Position numbers and translations under genes: made by a program
NCBI RefSeq assembly: GCF_004010195.1
Contig: NW_025214150.1
Coordinates: forward strand, 1 to 36,020
Origin: Chiloscyllium plagiosum
Taxonomy: Eukaryota
Reading direction: 5' to 3'
DNA length: 36,020 bases
Notes under the pieces: model-generated
Seen by the model: only the letters and a program-made list of their open reading frames with translations
Told to the model about the DNA's origin: nothing
Database searches by the model: none
Part shown: positions 22,467-32,778 of the stretch, in pieces
How the letters are laid out: each line of letters opens with the position of its first letter
Numbering within the stretch: position 1 is the first letter of the stretch

Positions 22467-23244
22467 AGTATCCCTGGTGGGATTGAAACTTTGCCTGGAG
22501 GGATTGGAGATGTACAGAGAGTTTGCGTTTGTCCATCAGAGATACAGGCTGGTTTGTGGATTAGAGGCAACACTAGACTGGAGTCTGACCATGGGGCTGC
22601 ACACAATTTCCAGAGAATAATAAAAGGGAAGAGGAGATCACATGGGGGTTAATTTCCCTTTCACACACCATTTTCCCCACCAGGTACAGCAGCGGAACTG
22701 CCTAGCCCCCTTCAGCAGAGTCAGTAAGTGAGTGAGGGGCTTGCTGAGGCTGGGGGTAACCTACCCCAGAGCAGGAGAAAGGTTCCTCATCTCCTGTAGG
22801 TGAGATTAAACCCAGCCCTCACTCACTGTTTATACAAGGATCAGGAGCTGGGAGTTAACAATCAACAGATCCCTGTTAATGTTTAACAGCTCAATGGGAA
22901 CTGCCACATCAGAGTGACAATCGGTCTGTTACAGAATGCTGTCCCAACCCTCCTCCCCACCCAGCTCAGAACGGGCTGCTCCCTCAAGCTGTGGGTACAA
23001 TGGCTGGTGCAGCCCAGCCCCTCTGCTCCGAGAGGTCGGAAGATGACATGAGGCTCCCTCAAAACTCTCCTGCTCCTCGAATACTGCCTTTTCCAGCGCC
23101 ACACTCTTGACTCAGTAACTCCACACTCAAACATTTGGACACACTCCCAGAATCACCTCCAGATTTTACCCTCCTCAACCTCGAGGTCATCTGGCCCTCC
23201 ACTATCCACAGCACAACTCTCACAGGGACCCCGTACCAACCCCC

Positions 23245-23405
23245 TCCCAATCTCTGTAACCCCCTCCAGCCCCTACACCCCTTCCCTAACTCTGTAACCC
23301 CCTACACCCCTCCCTATCTCTGTAACCCCCTACACCCCTTCCCTATTTCTGTAACCCCCTCCTGCCCCTACATTCTCCTATCTCTGTAACCCCCTCCAGC
23401 CCCTA
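23245..23405. repeat. Short imperfect tandem repeat (tctctgtaaccccct...cccctacacccctccc)
   Basis: About 5 copies; a related motif occurs at 31255-31330. Confidence 0.75.
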
Positions 23406-23431
23406 ATGACCTAATGAGCTTAAGAGCCTAA

Positions 23432-23905
23432 AAGTCCTTTGAATGTTGGAGTTGGGATGTCACGTTTAGGTTGTACAGGACATTGGTGAGGCTTCTTCTG
23501 GAATACTGTGTCCAGTTCTGGTCACCCTGTTATAGGAAGGGCATTATTAAACTGGAGGGGGTTCAGAAGAGACTTACCAGGATGTTGCTGGGAATGGAGA
23601 GTTCATTTATAGGAAGAGGCTGAACAGGCTGGGGCTGTTTTCCTGGAGCGTCGGAGGCTGAGGGGATGACCTTATAGCAGTTTATAAAATCATGAGGGGG
23701 CGTGGAGAGGATAAATAGACAAAGTCTTTTCCCTGGGGTGGGGGAGTCCAGAACTAGAGGGCATAGGTTTAAGATGAGAGGGGAAAGATATAAAAAGAGA
23801 CCTTAACTTTTAACACAGAGAGTGGTTTGTGTGTGGAATGAGCTGCCAGAGGAAGTGGTGGATGCAGGTTCAGTTGCAATGTTTAAAATACATTTGGACA
23901 GGGAT
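23432..23905 (+). mobile_element. CR1 LINE ORF2 C-terminal fragment
   Basis: LYRTLVRLLLEYCVQFWSPCYRK; similar to the other CR1 copies, with frameshifts. Confidence 0.88.
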
Positions 23906-23919
23906 GTGAAGAGAGTCAG

Positions 23920-24280
23920 CCAGCACAGAAACACACCCTTCGGCCCAACCAGTCCGTGCTGACCCTAACCCCAAACCAAACCAGTCCCGCCTGCCTGCTC
24001 CAGGCCCATACCCCTCCAAACCTTTCCCAGTCATGGACTTCTCCAAATGCCCTTTAAATATTGTAACTGTCCCCACATCCATCACTTCCTCAGGAAGCTC
24101 ATTCCACACACCAACCACTCATTGGCCCCTCACGTTCTTTTTTTTAAATCTATCTCCTCTCACCAGCCCCCAAGTCTTGAAAAAAATCCCCCATCCCTAG
24201 AGATAAGCCCTTGCCATTCTCCTTATCTCTACCCCTCATGGTTTTATGAGGGTCACCCCTCAACCTCCCACACTCCAGGC
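23920..24280 (-). mobile_element. CR1 LINE 3' end, inverted relative to its neighbour
   Basis: Minus strand reads VVGVWNELPEEVMDVGTVTIFKGHL, followed by a CR1 3' UTR. Confidence 0.85.
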
Positions 24281-24550
24281 AAACAGTTGGGGTTTTTAAA
24301 TTTGAACTACTGGCAGATAATTTGTGTGTCCCTTAATAATTAACGTGTGAACAACCCCGTCGGTTGTTTTATTGCAAACTCTTGAGAGGTTTGTTTTGAC
24401 GGGGCTTTGGAGGTAGAACAGGATGTCTGTTTGTGCTCAGAGACGGTGGAGGTGAGAAAGGGGTTTTGGTTTTAATGATGTTTGAAGTTCTCTTTCTCTG
24501 TTCCTCACGAAACTCTGATTTCCTAATCGAAACCTGGTGCGCGTCCCCGA

Positions 24551-24600
24551 GGGGGGGCGGGGCGCGTTCCCGAAGCCCTCCCCTCTGGTTTTTATATACA
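24551..24600 (+). promoter_or_regulatory. Claudin core promoter: GC box and TATA box
   Basis: GGGGCGGGGC at 24554-24563 and TATATA at 24593-24598, about 150 bp upstream of the ATG in a locally CpG-rich patch. Confidence 0.65.
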
Positions 24601-24745
24601 GGTAGAGAAGGTGGGGCAGGTTAGAAGGTGTTGGAGAGCTCCAGGAGTGACGGTGCGCTGCGTGGTCGCTGGGAGTTTGAATTGAGGAAGGTTTCTCTTT
24701 GTGCTGGGCTCCGGGCTGTTTGATTCTCCCTGTCTCCCCTGCCTC

Positions 24746-24968
24746 ATGGCTAACTCCGGACTGCAAATTCTCGGCTTTACTCTGGCTCTGTTAGGATGGA
24801 TAGCCCTGGTAGCGAGTACCATCATGCCCCAGTGGAAGATGTCTAGTTACGCCGGGGACAACATTATCACAGCTCAGGCTGTGTACATGGGGCTGTGGAT
24901 GAACTGTGTGTACCAGAGCACAGGACAGATCCAGTGCAAGGTGTATGACTCTATTCTAGCTCTGGGAG
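24746..24968 (+). CDS. cldn7: Claudin-7-like, coding exon 1 (223 bp)
   Basis: [80 protein letters not shown] signature; donor G|GTGAGT. Confidence 0.95.
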
Positions 24969-25009
24969 GTGAGTCTAGGAGGGCGGAATGTAATTTACTC
25001 TAAGACTGG

Positions 25010-25395
25010 CTCTCTGTCTCTGAGTGAGTGTGTCTCCCTCTTGCTTTCTCTGGTTCATATTCCCCATTTCCCTCTCTTTCTGTCCCTATGTGTCTCTATT
25101 AGTTTCTGTCTTTCACATCCTCTCTTTGTCTCTCTTTCTGTCTGTGTCTCTGTTTATCTTTCTCTGTCTGAGTCTATATTTGTGTGTCTCCCTTCCTCTG
25201 TGTATTTCTGTGTGGGGGCTCTTTCTTTCTTCTCCCCCCACCCCTAACTAGTTCCTTTTGTCTCTGTGTGTGTGTGTGTGTTTATATCTGTATGTGCCTT
25301 ACTTCTGTATCAGTCTCTCCTTTTTCCCCCCTCTTTGTCTGTGTGTGTGAGAAAGAGAACTTGAGGGGATTGAGCTGAGACTCTCTCTCTCTCTC
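25010..25395. repeat. CT/GT-rich low-complexity intronic tract
   Basis: Imperfect (CT)n and (GT)n. Confidence 0.7.
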
Positions 25396-26806
25396 AAAGT
25401 ATTGAATTGGTGCCTTGTTGGAGACTTCTGTTTTTAATTTCTCTTGAAGTTGTTTATTTTAAATCTACTTTATGGGGATTTTAATTATTTTTTTTATTGC
25501 TTATTTTTGTACATGACCTCCACTTTGCCCTCTATTAATCTCTCTCGTGCTCACGCTCTCCCTCTCTGTCCACCTGTTTGAGGATTGGCACAAATACTTT
25601 CTGAAATGGTGGGTTTACTGGTCTTTGTTTGTATTCCGTGTGGCTCCTGCACCTGGGGGAGAGAGGGAAGGTTGTCTTAGTTTGATTTTTGACAGTGTCT
25701 GGGTCCCTGAATCTAGCCCCTGGTTCTGGGGGGGGGGGGGAGCAGGGTCACTAAATCTTGTAACTGATGCCTGAGTGAGGTGTGGGGGACGTTCAAACTC
25801 CTGGGTTCTGTTTTCTTTTGCTGGGAGCCATTTTGAATCTGGCTTTTATCTTATCAGGCTGAGGGAATTTTAAACATAAATATTGATAACCCTCAATGTT
25901 GGGAGATCAGATTAGTCTGACAATAAAAGGGGACCATAAAACAATACTGTTTGATTTGGAGAGGTTATATAAACAGCTAGAGATTGGAGAGCGTAAGAGT
26001 AGGCTGGAGTGGGATTTGAAGTCCAGCACCTCACTGTGGTGGGGGGCTGGCATGGCAGGGTGATGCTGGGGCATCAATGATTTCTCATGCCCCTGAAGGG
26101 TAGCAGCCCTGTCAGTTGGGGCAGTTGGCATTTGGAGCAGAGAAGATTTCACCGTGAGCAGGAACTGATGGCAAATTTCCCCACTCCCTGTGGAGGTGGG
26201 GGAGAAAGAGATCCTCCAGAAGTTTAAAACACTTTCCCCCCCCCCCCCCCCCCCCCCCTGCCCTCGCAGAACCAGGAGATTTCCTAGCCCCACCTATTGT
26301 GACTGGGTGGATCCTGATTTTCCTGACTGCTTTCCAAAGAGTAGCGAGAGCCTGGGGCGAGGGAGGGGTGGGGGAGTGCAGGGATGGGTGAGAACCAGGC
26401 TGGAGCTGGCCTCTGTACCGCCCCTTCCCACCCCCACCGGGAGGAGAGGCTGGGAGGGGCCCTCTGCTTGGGTCTGGGGAATGGGTTCAAGCCTCGGCCA
26501 AGCTGGTTGGCTGTCTCCAGGGTTCGGCACTGCCTGGGCAGAGATTTGGAGATGCCTGGCGTCTCTGAGCTTTCTCACCTCCCCTGGTTGTTGCTGGTTG
26601 GCCACTTAATGCCCCTCATTTCCATTGGCACTGTATTGGAGCTTTGAACCCTCATGGCTGGAGTAATGCTGTCCCTTCTCTGGCTGGTTGAAAGCTGGCA
26701 TTGACGTGGACTGGCCGAATGGCTTCAATCTGCCCCTAACACCCCCTGCCTTGAATCGATACAAGTCCCAGGGACCCAAACAATGGTTTTGTGGATCTCC
26801 CATAGA

Positions 26807-27096
26807 TGACTCAGTGGTCAGCGCTGCTGCCTCTTGGCACCAGGGACTCTGGTTCGATTCCTGCCTTGGGTGACTCTGTGTGGAGATGGCACGTTCTCCC
26901 AGTGTCTGTGTGGGTCTGCTCCGGTTTCCTACCACAGTCCAAAGATGTGCAGGTCAGGTGAATTGGCCATGCTCAATTACCTACAGGGTTGGTGCACTAG
27001 TCAGAGGGAAATGGGTCTGGGTGAGTTACTCTTCAGAGGGTCAGTATGGACTTGTTGGGCCAAATGGCCTGTATCCACACTGCAGGGAATCTAATC
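26807..27096 (+). mobile_element. HE1-like tRNA-derived V-SINE in intron 1
   Basis: A-box-like gactcagtggtcagc, B-box ggttcgattcc, V-domain ccggtttcctaccacagtccaaagatgtgcagg, tail gggaatctaatc. Confidence 0.85.
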
Positions 27097-27943
27097 ATTT
27101 CCTGGTGAAAAGTGAGAGTCCCATTCCCCCTCTGTGTGGGAGCATGGTAAAGTTAGCCAATTTGGGATCTTTTCCTTCCAGTTTCCTGTCAGGATGTTAT
27201 CTCTCCAAGATGGCTGCCAGTGTGACCTGATTAGCTTCCACATGAAGTGGTTGCACAATCACACTCTTGGGTTTATTTGTTTCTTTTTGAAACACATTTT
27301 TGTTCTGGGTGGGGGTTGGGGGCCATGGGAAACCCTACATTGATTGGCCATTTGGAGATGGGTTGGTGTGCTCACTCGCAACAGAGGAGCTGGCCAGGCT
27401 CTGGGCCTGGAGTCACGTGTGGGGCCCATTTCAGGCTGAGGTTTCCATCCCCGCAGGATGTTACTGGGAACCCAGGTGACTTGCAGAGGGTGGGCTTGTA
27501 AGACCAACTGGGGTCCGCCCTGGGGCAGAGCAGCTCTGGCTGTTTGTTATAAGGACGGGAATCTGGGGAGACCACTCCCCCTCGATTTACTGGGATGTGG
27601 TCTCGTGAATTCCCAGCACCACAGTCGGTCAACGATTCCTAAAATCCATGTGTCAACCCTTCTCCAAGATTCAGGGAATTGAGTTTTTCTCTGGGGTTTA
27701 GCAGCTGAGTCCAGACCTTCCCAAGGGCAAAACAGCAGTCTAAGAATTGCCATTCACATGCTCCCCCAGCCCCAGCTAATGTTGTGGTGCCCTGGAATCA
27801 CTGAGCGTGGGGAATGTGTCAGGTACCGGGGGTTCTGGGCTGGGAGGGCATCTCCGAGCAACTCGTTGCCTTTCTAATGGAAGGAGTGACTCGCTAATCC
27901 AAGTGAGACCAGCGAGGGAGGTCTGGAGGGACTGGGCAGTGTT

Positions 27944-28795
27944 GGAGTGAGGTTCGGGCTGGGTGAGGAGGGAGGGAGGGAGTGAGTGAGGTTCGGGCTG
28001 GGTGAGGAGGGAGGGAGTGAGTGAGGTTCGGGCTGGGTGAGGAGGGAGGGAGGGAGTGTAAGGAGGTAAGTCGGGGTGAGGAGGGAGGGAGGGAGTGAGT
28101 GAGGTTCGGGCTGGGTGAGGAGGGAGGGAGGGAGTGAGTGAGGTTCGGGCTGGGTGAGGAGGGAGGGAGGGAGTGAGTGAGGTTCGGGCTGGGTGAGGAG
28201 GGAGGGAGGGAGTGAGTGAGGTTCGGGCTGGGTGAGGAGGGAGGGAGGGAGTGAGTGAGGTTCGGGCTGGGTGAGGAGGGAGGGAGGGAGTGAGTGAGGT
28301 TCGGGCTGGGTGAGGAGGGAGGGAGGGAGTGAGTGAGGTTCGGGCTGGGTGAGGAGGGAGGGAGGGAGTGAGTGAGGTTCGGGCTGGGTGAGGAGGGAGG
28401 GAGTGAGTGAGGTTCGGGCTGGGTGAGGAGGGAGGGAGGGAGTGAGTGAGGTTCGGGCTGGGTGAGGAGGGAGGGAGTGAGTGAGGTTCGGGCTGGGTGA
28501 GGAGGGAGGGAGGGAGTGAGTGAGGTTCGGGCTGGGTGAGGAGGGAGGGAGTGAGTGAGGTTCGGGCTGGGTGAGGAGGGAGGGAGGGAGTGAGTGAGGT
28601 TCGGGCTGGGTGAGGAGGGAGGGAGTGAGTGAGGTTCGGGCTGGGTGAGGAGGGAGGGAGGGAGTGAGTGAGGTTCGGGCTGGGTGAGGAGGGAGGGAGT
28701 GAGTGAGGTTCGGGCTGGGTGAGGAGGGAGGGAGGGAGTGAGTGAGGTTCGGGCTGGGTGAGTGCTGGCTGGGTGAGGAGGGAGGGTGGAGTGAG
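27944..28795. repeat. G-rich minisatellite, 35/39-bp unit GAGTGAGTGAGGTTCGGGCTGGGTGAGGA(GGGA)n, in intron 1
   Basis: About 22 near-identical tandem copies. Confidence 0.95.
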
Positions 28796-29330
28796 GCGCT
28801 GCTAGGGAGGGAGGGTGGGGGAGACGATGAGGAAGTGGTTTGATTGAGTTTCTGCTTGTCTCAAATGCACCTTCTTCCTCCCAGGATTTGCCTGTGGTTT
28901 TGGAAGTGGTTTTCTGGAAAATGCTGATTGCTGTGGGGAGGGGGAGGGGGAGGCTGTGTGACCTGTGAGGAAGAGAACTTTCTGGTTTAAACCAGTCCTT
29001 ACCACACCTTCCTTGTTCAGAGAAGCAGTTACTTTACAATGACTGATTACCTGTGCCAAGTTGTGGGTGAGAGAGACTGGACACTCGTGTGTGTGTGTGT
29101 GTGGTTTTCAGGCCCCCCCCTGCCCCCACAGCTATGGGGAGCATGTCTACCTTTACATATACCCTGCCCTGTCCTCTTGTGTGGGTTTTTATTTCTTCCC
29201 CCACTGGAGGAAACAGCTGTGGGATCGCTCTGTGCACTGTCAGACCCAGCCCCCTTTCCCAGAGGGGTTCCTAGCCCACCCCAAGCTATCCCCTCACTCC
29301 TGCCTGAGGCCCACTATCCATTGCTTTGAG

Positions 29331-29448
29331 CTGAAAGGGCTTATGCCCGAAACGTTGATTCTCCTGCTCCCTGGATGCTGCCTGACCTGCTGCGCTTTTC
29401 CAGCAACACATTTTCAGCTCTGATCTCCAGCATCTGCAGACCTCACTT
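29331..29448 (+). mobile_element. Short Penelope-like terminal-repeat insertion with a 16-bp TSD, in intron 1
   Basis: tatccattgctttgag at 29315-29330 and 29449-29464; the insert begins with a damaged hammerhead core ctgaaagggcttatgcccgaaacgtt. Confidence 0.85.
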
Positions 29449-29965
29449 TATCCATTGCTTTGAGGCCATTCAGCCCCCCTGCCTGTGCTGTGCTGCCCCC
29501 AGGGCTCAAAATGGTGATCATTTTGACACCAAAGTGAATGGAGTGGATTTTGATTAAATTCCATTTCTTTTTTAAAAAAAAAAACACTTTGAGGGAGTCC
29601 ACCCAACACCAGTACAGGACTAAGGGAGGCCATTTAGCCCATTTAAGTCTGACCTGTCCTGGTGGCATCTGTATTATGGACAGGCTTGTCTCTGTACTCA
29701 CTTGTGTGGAAATCTGGGATCTGGGAGGGATCAATCTGTTCTGAAGGGCCTTATGATGATGACGTGATTGGATAGGGACAATGGAGTCTGAGTCTCGCTT
29801 AAAGTCCCTTGAAAGGAGGGAGACAGACAGGAGTTGAAATGCCAAGCGGTTCTGACAGCACGGCAGAGAATTCCCAGGGACAGAATGGCCTCCTGCTGCT
29901 GTCTGTGGTTGGGAGTTGGGAGTTTCCTGTTGACTCTGATCTAACACCCTCCTTCTCTCTTCCAG

Positions 29966-30130
29966 CCTCACTGCAGGCCACCCGTGCCCTGATGGTGGTG
30001 GGTATTGTCGTTGGTGTCCTCGCTGTGGGCATCAGCTCAGTGGGTATGAAGTGCACCAAGTGCGGTGGAGATGACAAGGTCAAAAAGTCTCGGATCGCGA
30101 TGGGTGGCGGCATCACATTTATCCTGGCAG
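29966..30130 (+). CDS. cldn7: Claudin-7-like, coding exon 2 (165 bp)
   Basis: (A)[54 protein letters not shown]; polypyrimidine-CAG acceptor, G|GTAAGT donor, phase-compatible. Confidence 0.95.
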
Positions 30131-30572
30131 GTAAGTCTGTGGGTATAACTCCCACCCCCAGTGTCCGTGTGCCTGTGGGTATAACTCCCGTCCCCAGTGT
30201 CCGTGTGCCTGTGGGTGTAAGTCTCATCCCCGGTGTCCATGCCCGTCCATCAGCCTGTGGGTATAACTCCCATCCCCAGTGTCCATGCCCATCTGTGGGC
30301 CTGTGGGTATAACTCCCATGCCGGTCTGTGAGCCTGTGGGTATAACTCCCATCCCCAGTGTCCATGCCTGTCCGTGAGCCTGTGGGTATAACTCCCATCC
30401 CCAGTGTCCATGCCCGTCCGTGGGCATGTGGGTATAACTTCCGACCCCAGTGTCCATGCCCGTCCGTGGGCATGTGGGTATAACTCCCGACCCCAGTGTC
30501 CGTGTGCCTGTGGGTATAACTCCCGTCCCCAGTGTCCATGCCCGTCCGTGAGCCTGTGGGTATAACTCCCAT

Positions 30573-30800
30573 GGAGAAAGTGAGGTCTGCAGATGCTGGA
30601 GATCAGAGATGGAAATGTGTTGCTGGAAAAGCGCAGCAGGTCAGGCAGCATCTAGGGAACAGGAGAATCGAAGTTTCGGGCATTAGCCCTTCTTCAGGAA
30701 TGATTCCTGAAGAAGGGCTAATGCCCGAAACGTCGATTCTCCTGTTCCCTAGATGCTGCCTGACCTGCTGCGCTTTTCCAGCAACACATTTCCATCTCTG
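30573..30800. mobile_element. Inverted pair of Penelope-like terminal repeats (98-bp-arm palindrome) in intron 2
   Basis: 30604-30701 is the reverse complement of 30703-30800 with one mismatch; flanked by gtataactcccat. Confidence 0.9.
30707..30734 (+). ncRNA. Minimal type I hammerhead ribozyme motif, sense to the claudin pre-mRNA
   Basis: CUGAAGA-A-GGGC-UAAU-GCCC-GAAA-CG-UC. Confidence 0.7.
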
Positions 30801-31607
30801 TATAACTCCCATCCCCAGTGTCCATGTCTCTCTGAGGCTGTCTTTCTACACTGGAATGTGCAGAGGGATATGGGCAGGGGAATAGGCAGTTCGGCCCCTC
30901 TGATCTGCTCTCCCTTGGCCCAGGGATGAGTGTTTACCCCCACAGGGCCATTTTCCAGCACTGTCCCCCACTTCCCATTCTTTGTTCAAGATTTGGGATC
31001 CATTGATCCCTGCCTGGTGTCTACGTAATCTCTGACTGAGCTTCCACAGCCCTCCGTGGCGTGGGGAGGGGAGGGATGTGGGGAAGAATTCCAAGGATAC
31101 ACTCAGTCCTTCTGAGTGACCTGACCCTCACTGTCTTGGTCTGAAGTGGCTGGCCCCTCTGTCCCGGTCTGAGGTACACCCCGGGCTCACCCAGAGATCT
31201 CTCTGTGCCTACCCTGTTAATCTGCCAGGGCAGGGTTTTGTATGTTTCATGTCTCCTCTGTCACCCCCTTACACCCCCTGCCTATCTCTGTAACCCCCTC
31301 CAGCCTCTCCAATTCCAGCCCCTTTACCATCCCCCGATTCCCCATCGCTCCCCCGTTGGGGACAGTGCCTTCAGTTGCCTAGACCCTGATCTCTGGAACC
31401 CCCTCCCTGAACCTTGTACTCTTTGTCTCCGTCTTTTATGTAACCCCCCTCCCCAGGAACCTGTCCCACAGTGGGGTGGGGAGGGGGGGGGGGGGCAATG
31501 TCACTCTAATTGGAGGAGTTTTATTTGTGTGAAGGAACTCATTTATTTTTTTAAATAATTAACCCCCACACTACCGCCTAACTGCAGTAGTGCTTATAAG
31601 GAACCCA

Positions 31608-31962
31608 TTTTTTTTGTATTTTGTAGAACATTTATTTGAAAACGATACAAGTGAAGATAACAGAAAGCAGATTACATTCAGAACACATTTCTTTGTCTGC
31701 AAATGTGCAAAGGCATCTTGATCAATTTTGTACAATGAATCCAAAAAGACGACATAAAAATATTATTCAGTAAAAATAAAAGCTTCAACAGTTGGAGTTA
31801 TTCTGTCACCAATTCATAATTCTCATTGAAGCATGTATTCTGCACAATAACCCCAAACTAAAAATATTAAGTTAAAACACATCTGACGGAAAGCAGAATG
31901 TTTGTGGATCCCCACATGGCTCGATAGATTTGTCATTTTACCTACTTTACAAATGATTTTCA
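31608..31962 (-). pseudogene. Polyadenylated retrocopy (3' UTR-like fragment) with target-site duplication
   Basis: AT-rich insert with minus-strand AATAAA (31631-31636) about 16 nt before an A tail; aaggaactcatttatt at 31532-31547 and 31963-31978, and aaggaacccattt at 31598. Confidence 0.6.
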
Positions 31963-32090
31963 AAGGAACTCATTTATTGCGAATGGTGTCCTGTTGTGGT
32001 TGGCCGTGTAGTTGTGGGTGTGGGAGCTCTCTGCTCCCTGTAATTGTTCTGCCTGCTCACTAACAGTCTCTCTCTCTCTCCCCTCGCCAG

Positions 32091-32175
32091 GACTCTGCGC
32101 TCTCATTGGTGCCTCTTGGTATGGAAACCAGATAGTTCGAGACTTCTACAACCCACTGACTCCAGTCAACACCAA
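32091..32175 (+). CDS. cldn7: Claudin-7-like, coding exon 3 (85 bp)
   Basis: (G)[27 protein letters not shown](K); CTAAC branch point, polypyrimidine-CAG acceptor, AA|GTAATT donor. Confidence 0.95.
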
Positions 32176-32376
32176 GTAATTGCCCTTTCTGTTACTCTGG
32201 GGAGGGGGGGAGGGGACTGGGGTAGGATTGACTCCACACAGTCTGAGTGACAGTCATTATTGGCCCTGCTCAGTGTGTTCACCTGCTGCCAAACCAGTCC
32301 GTCAGGTTCTTGTGGCACTGCTTCTGAGGCAGCTCCAGCAAACGCCCTGTTTAATTTATTACTGTCTCCCACTGAT

Positions 32377-32579
32377 AGACCTGTCCCCACTGGGACTGTA
32401 CCCCAGGGTTATACAGTGACAGACCTGTCCCCACTGGGACTGTACCCCAGTGTTATACAGTGACAGACCTGTCCCCACTGGGACTGTACCCCAGTGTTAT
32501 ACAGTGACAGGCCTGTCCCCACCAGTACTGTACCCCAGTGTTATACAGTGACTGACCTATCCCCCAGGATAATACAGTA
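32377..32579. repeat. Minisatellite, 44-bp unit AGACCTGTCCCCACTGGGACTGTACCCCAGTGTTATACAGTGAC, about 4.5 copies, in intron 3
   Basis: Units start at 32377, 32421, 32465 and 32509. Confidence 0.92.
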
Positions 32580-32612
32580 TTGAGATGTAATGATCCTGTT
32601 TTTTTTTCCCAG

Positions 32613-32778
32613 GTATGAGTTTGGATCTGCCATCTTTGTGAATTGGGCAGGCGCTGCCCTCATTCTGATCGGTGGTGGGATGCTGAGTTGCTCGTGTCCC
32701 AAGAAGAATGGTTACCCCCGATCTTACCCCAAGTCCAAACCCCGATCTAACGCCACCAGCAACAAGGAGTTTGTATGA
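32613..32778 (+). CDS. cldn7: Claudin-7-like, coding exon 4 (166 bp including stop)
   Basis: [54 protein letters not shown]; total CDS 639 bp = 212 aa. Confidence 0.95.

Larger units (their letters stand above)
30137..30826. repeat. Minisatellite, ~36-46-bp unit CTGTGGGTATAACTCCCATCCCCAGTGTCC..., starting immediately after the exon 2 donor; interrupted at 30573-30800
   Basis: About 10 imperfect tandem copies. Confidence 0.9.

Noticed and set aside
22684..22723. Possible upstream non-coding exon (ccaccag|...|gtaagt) of the claudin gene
   Set aside because: Splice-like motifs only; a proximal GC/TATA promoter already explains the gene and there is no transcript evidence
26807..26880. tRNA gene
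   Set aside because: The A/B boxes are followed by a V-SINE body; this is a SINE head, not a full cloverleaf
29799..30651. Minus-strand 257-aa and 133-aa repetitive ORFs antisense to claudin
   Set aside because: They derive from the intron 2 minisatellite and the antisense strand of exon 2
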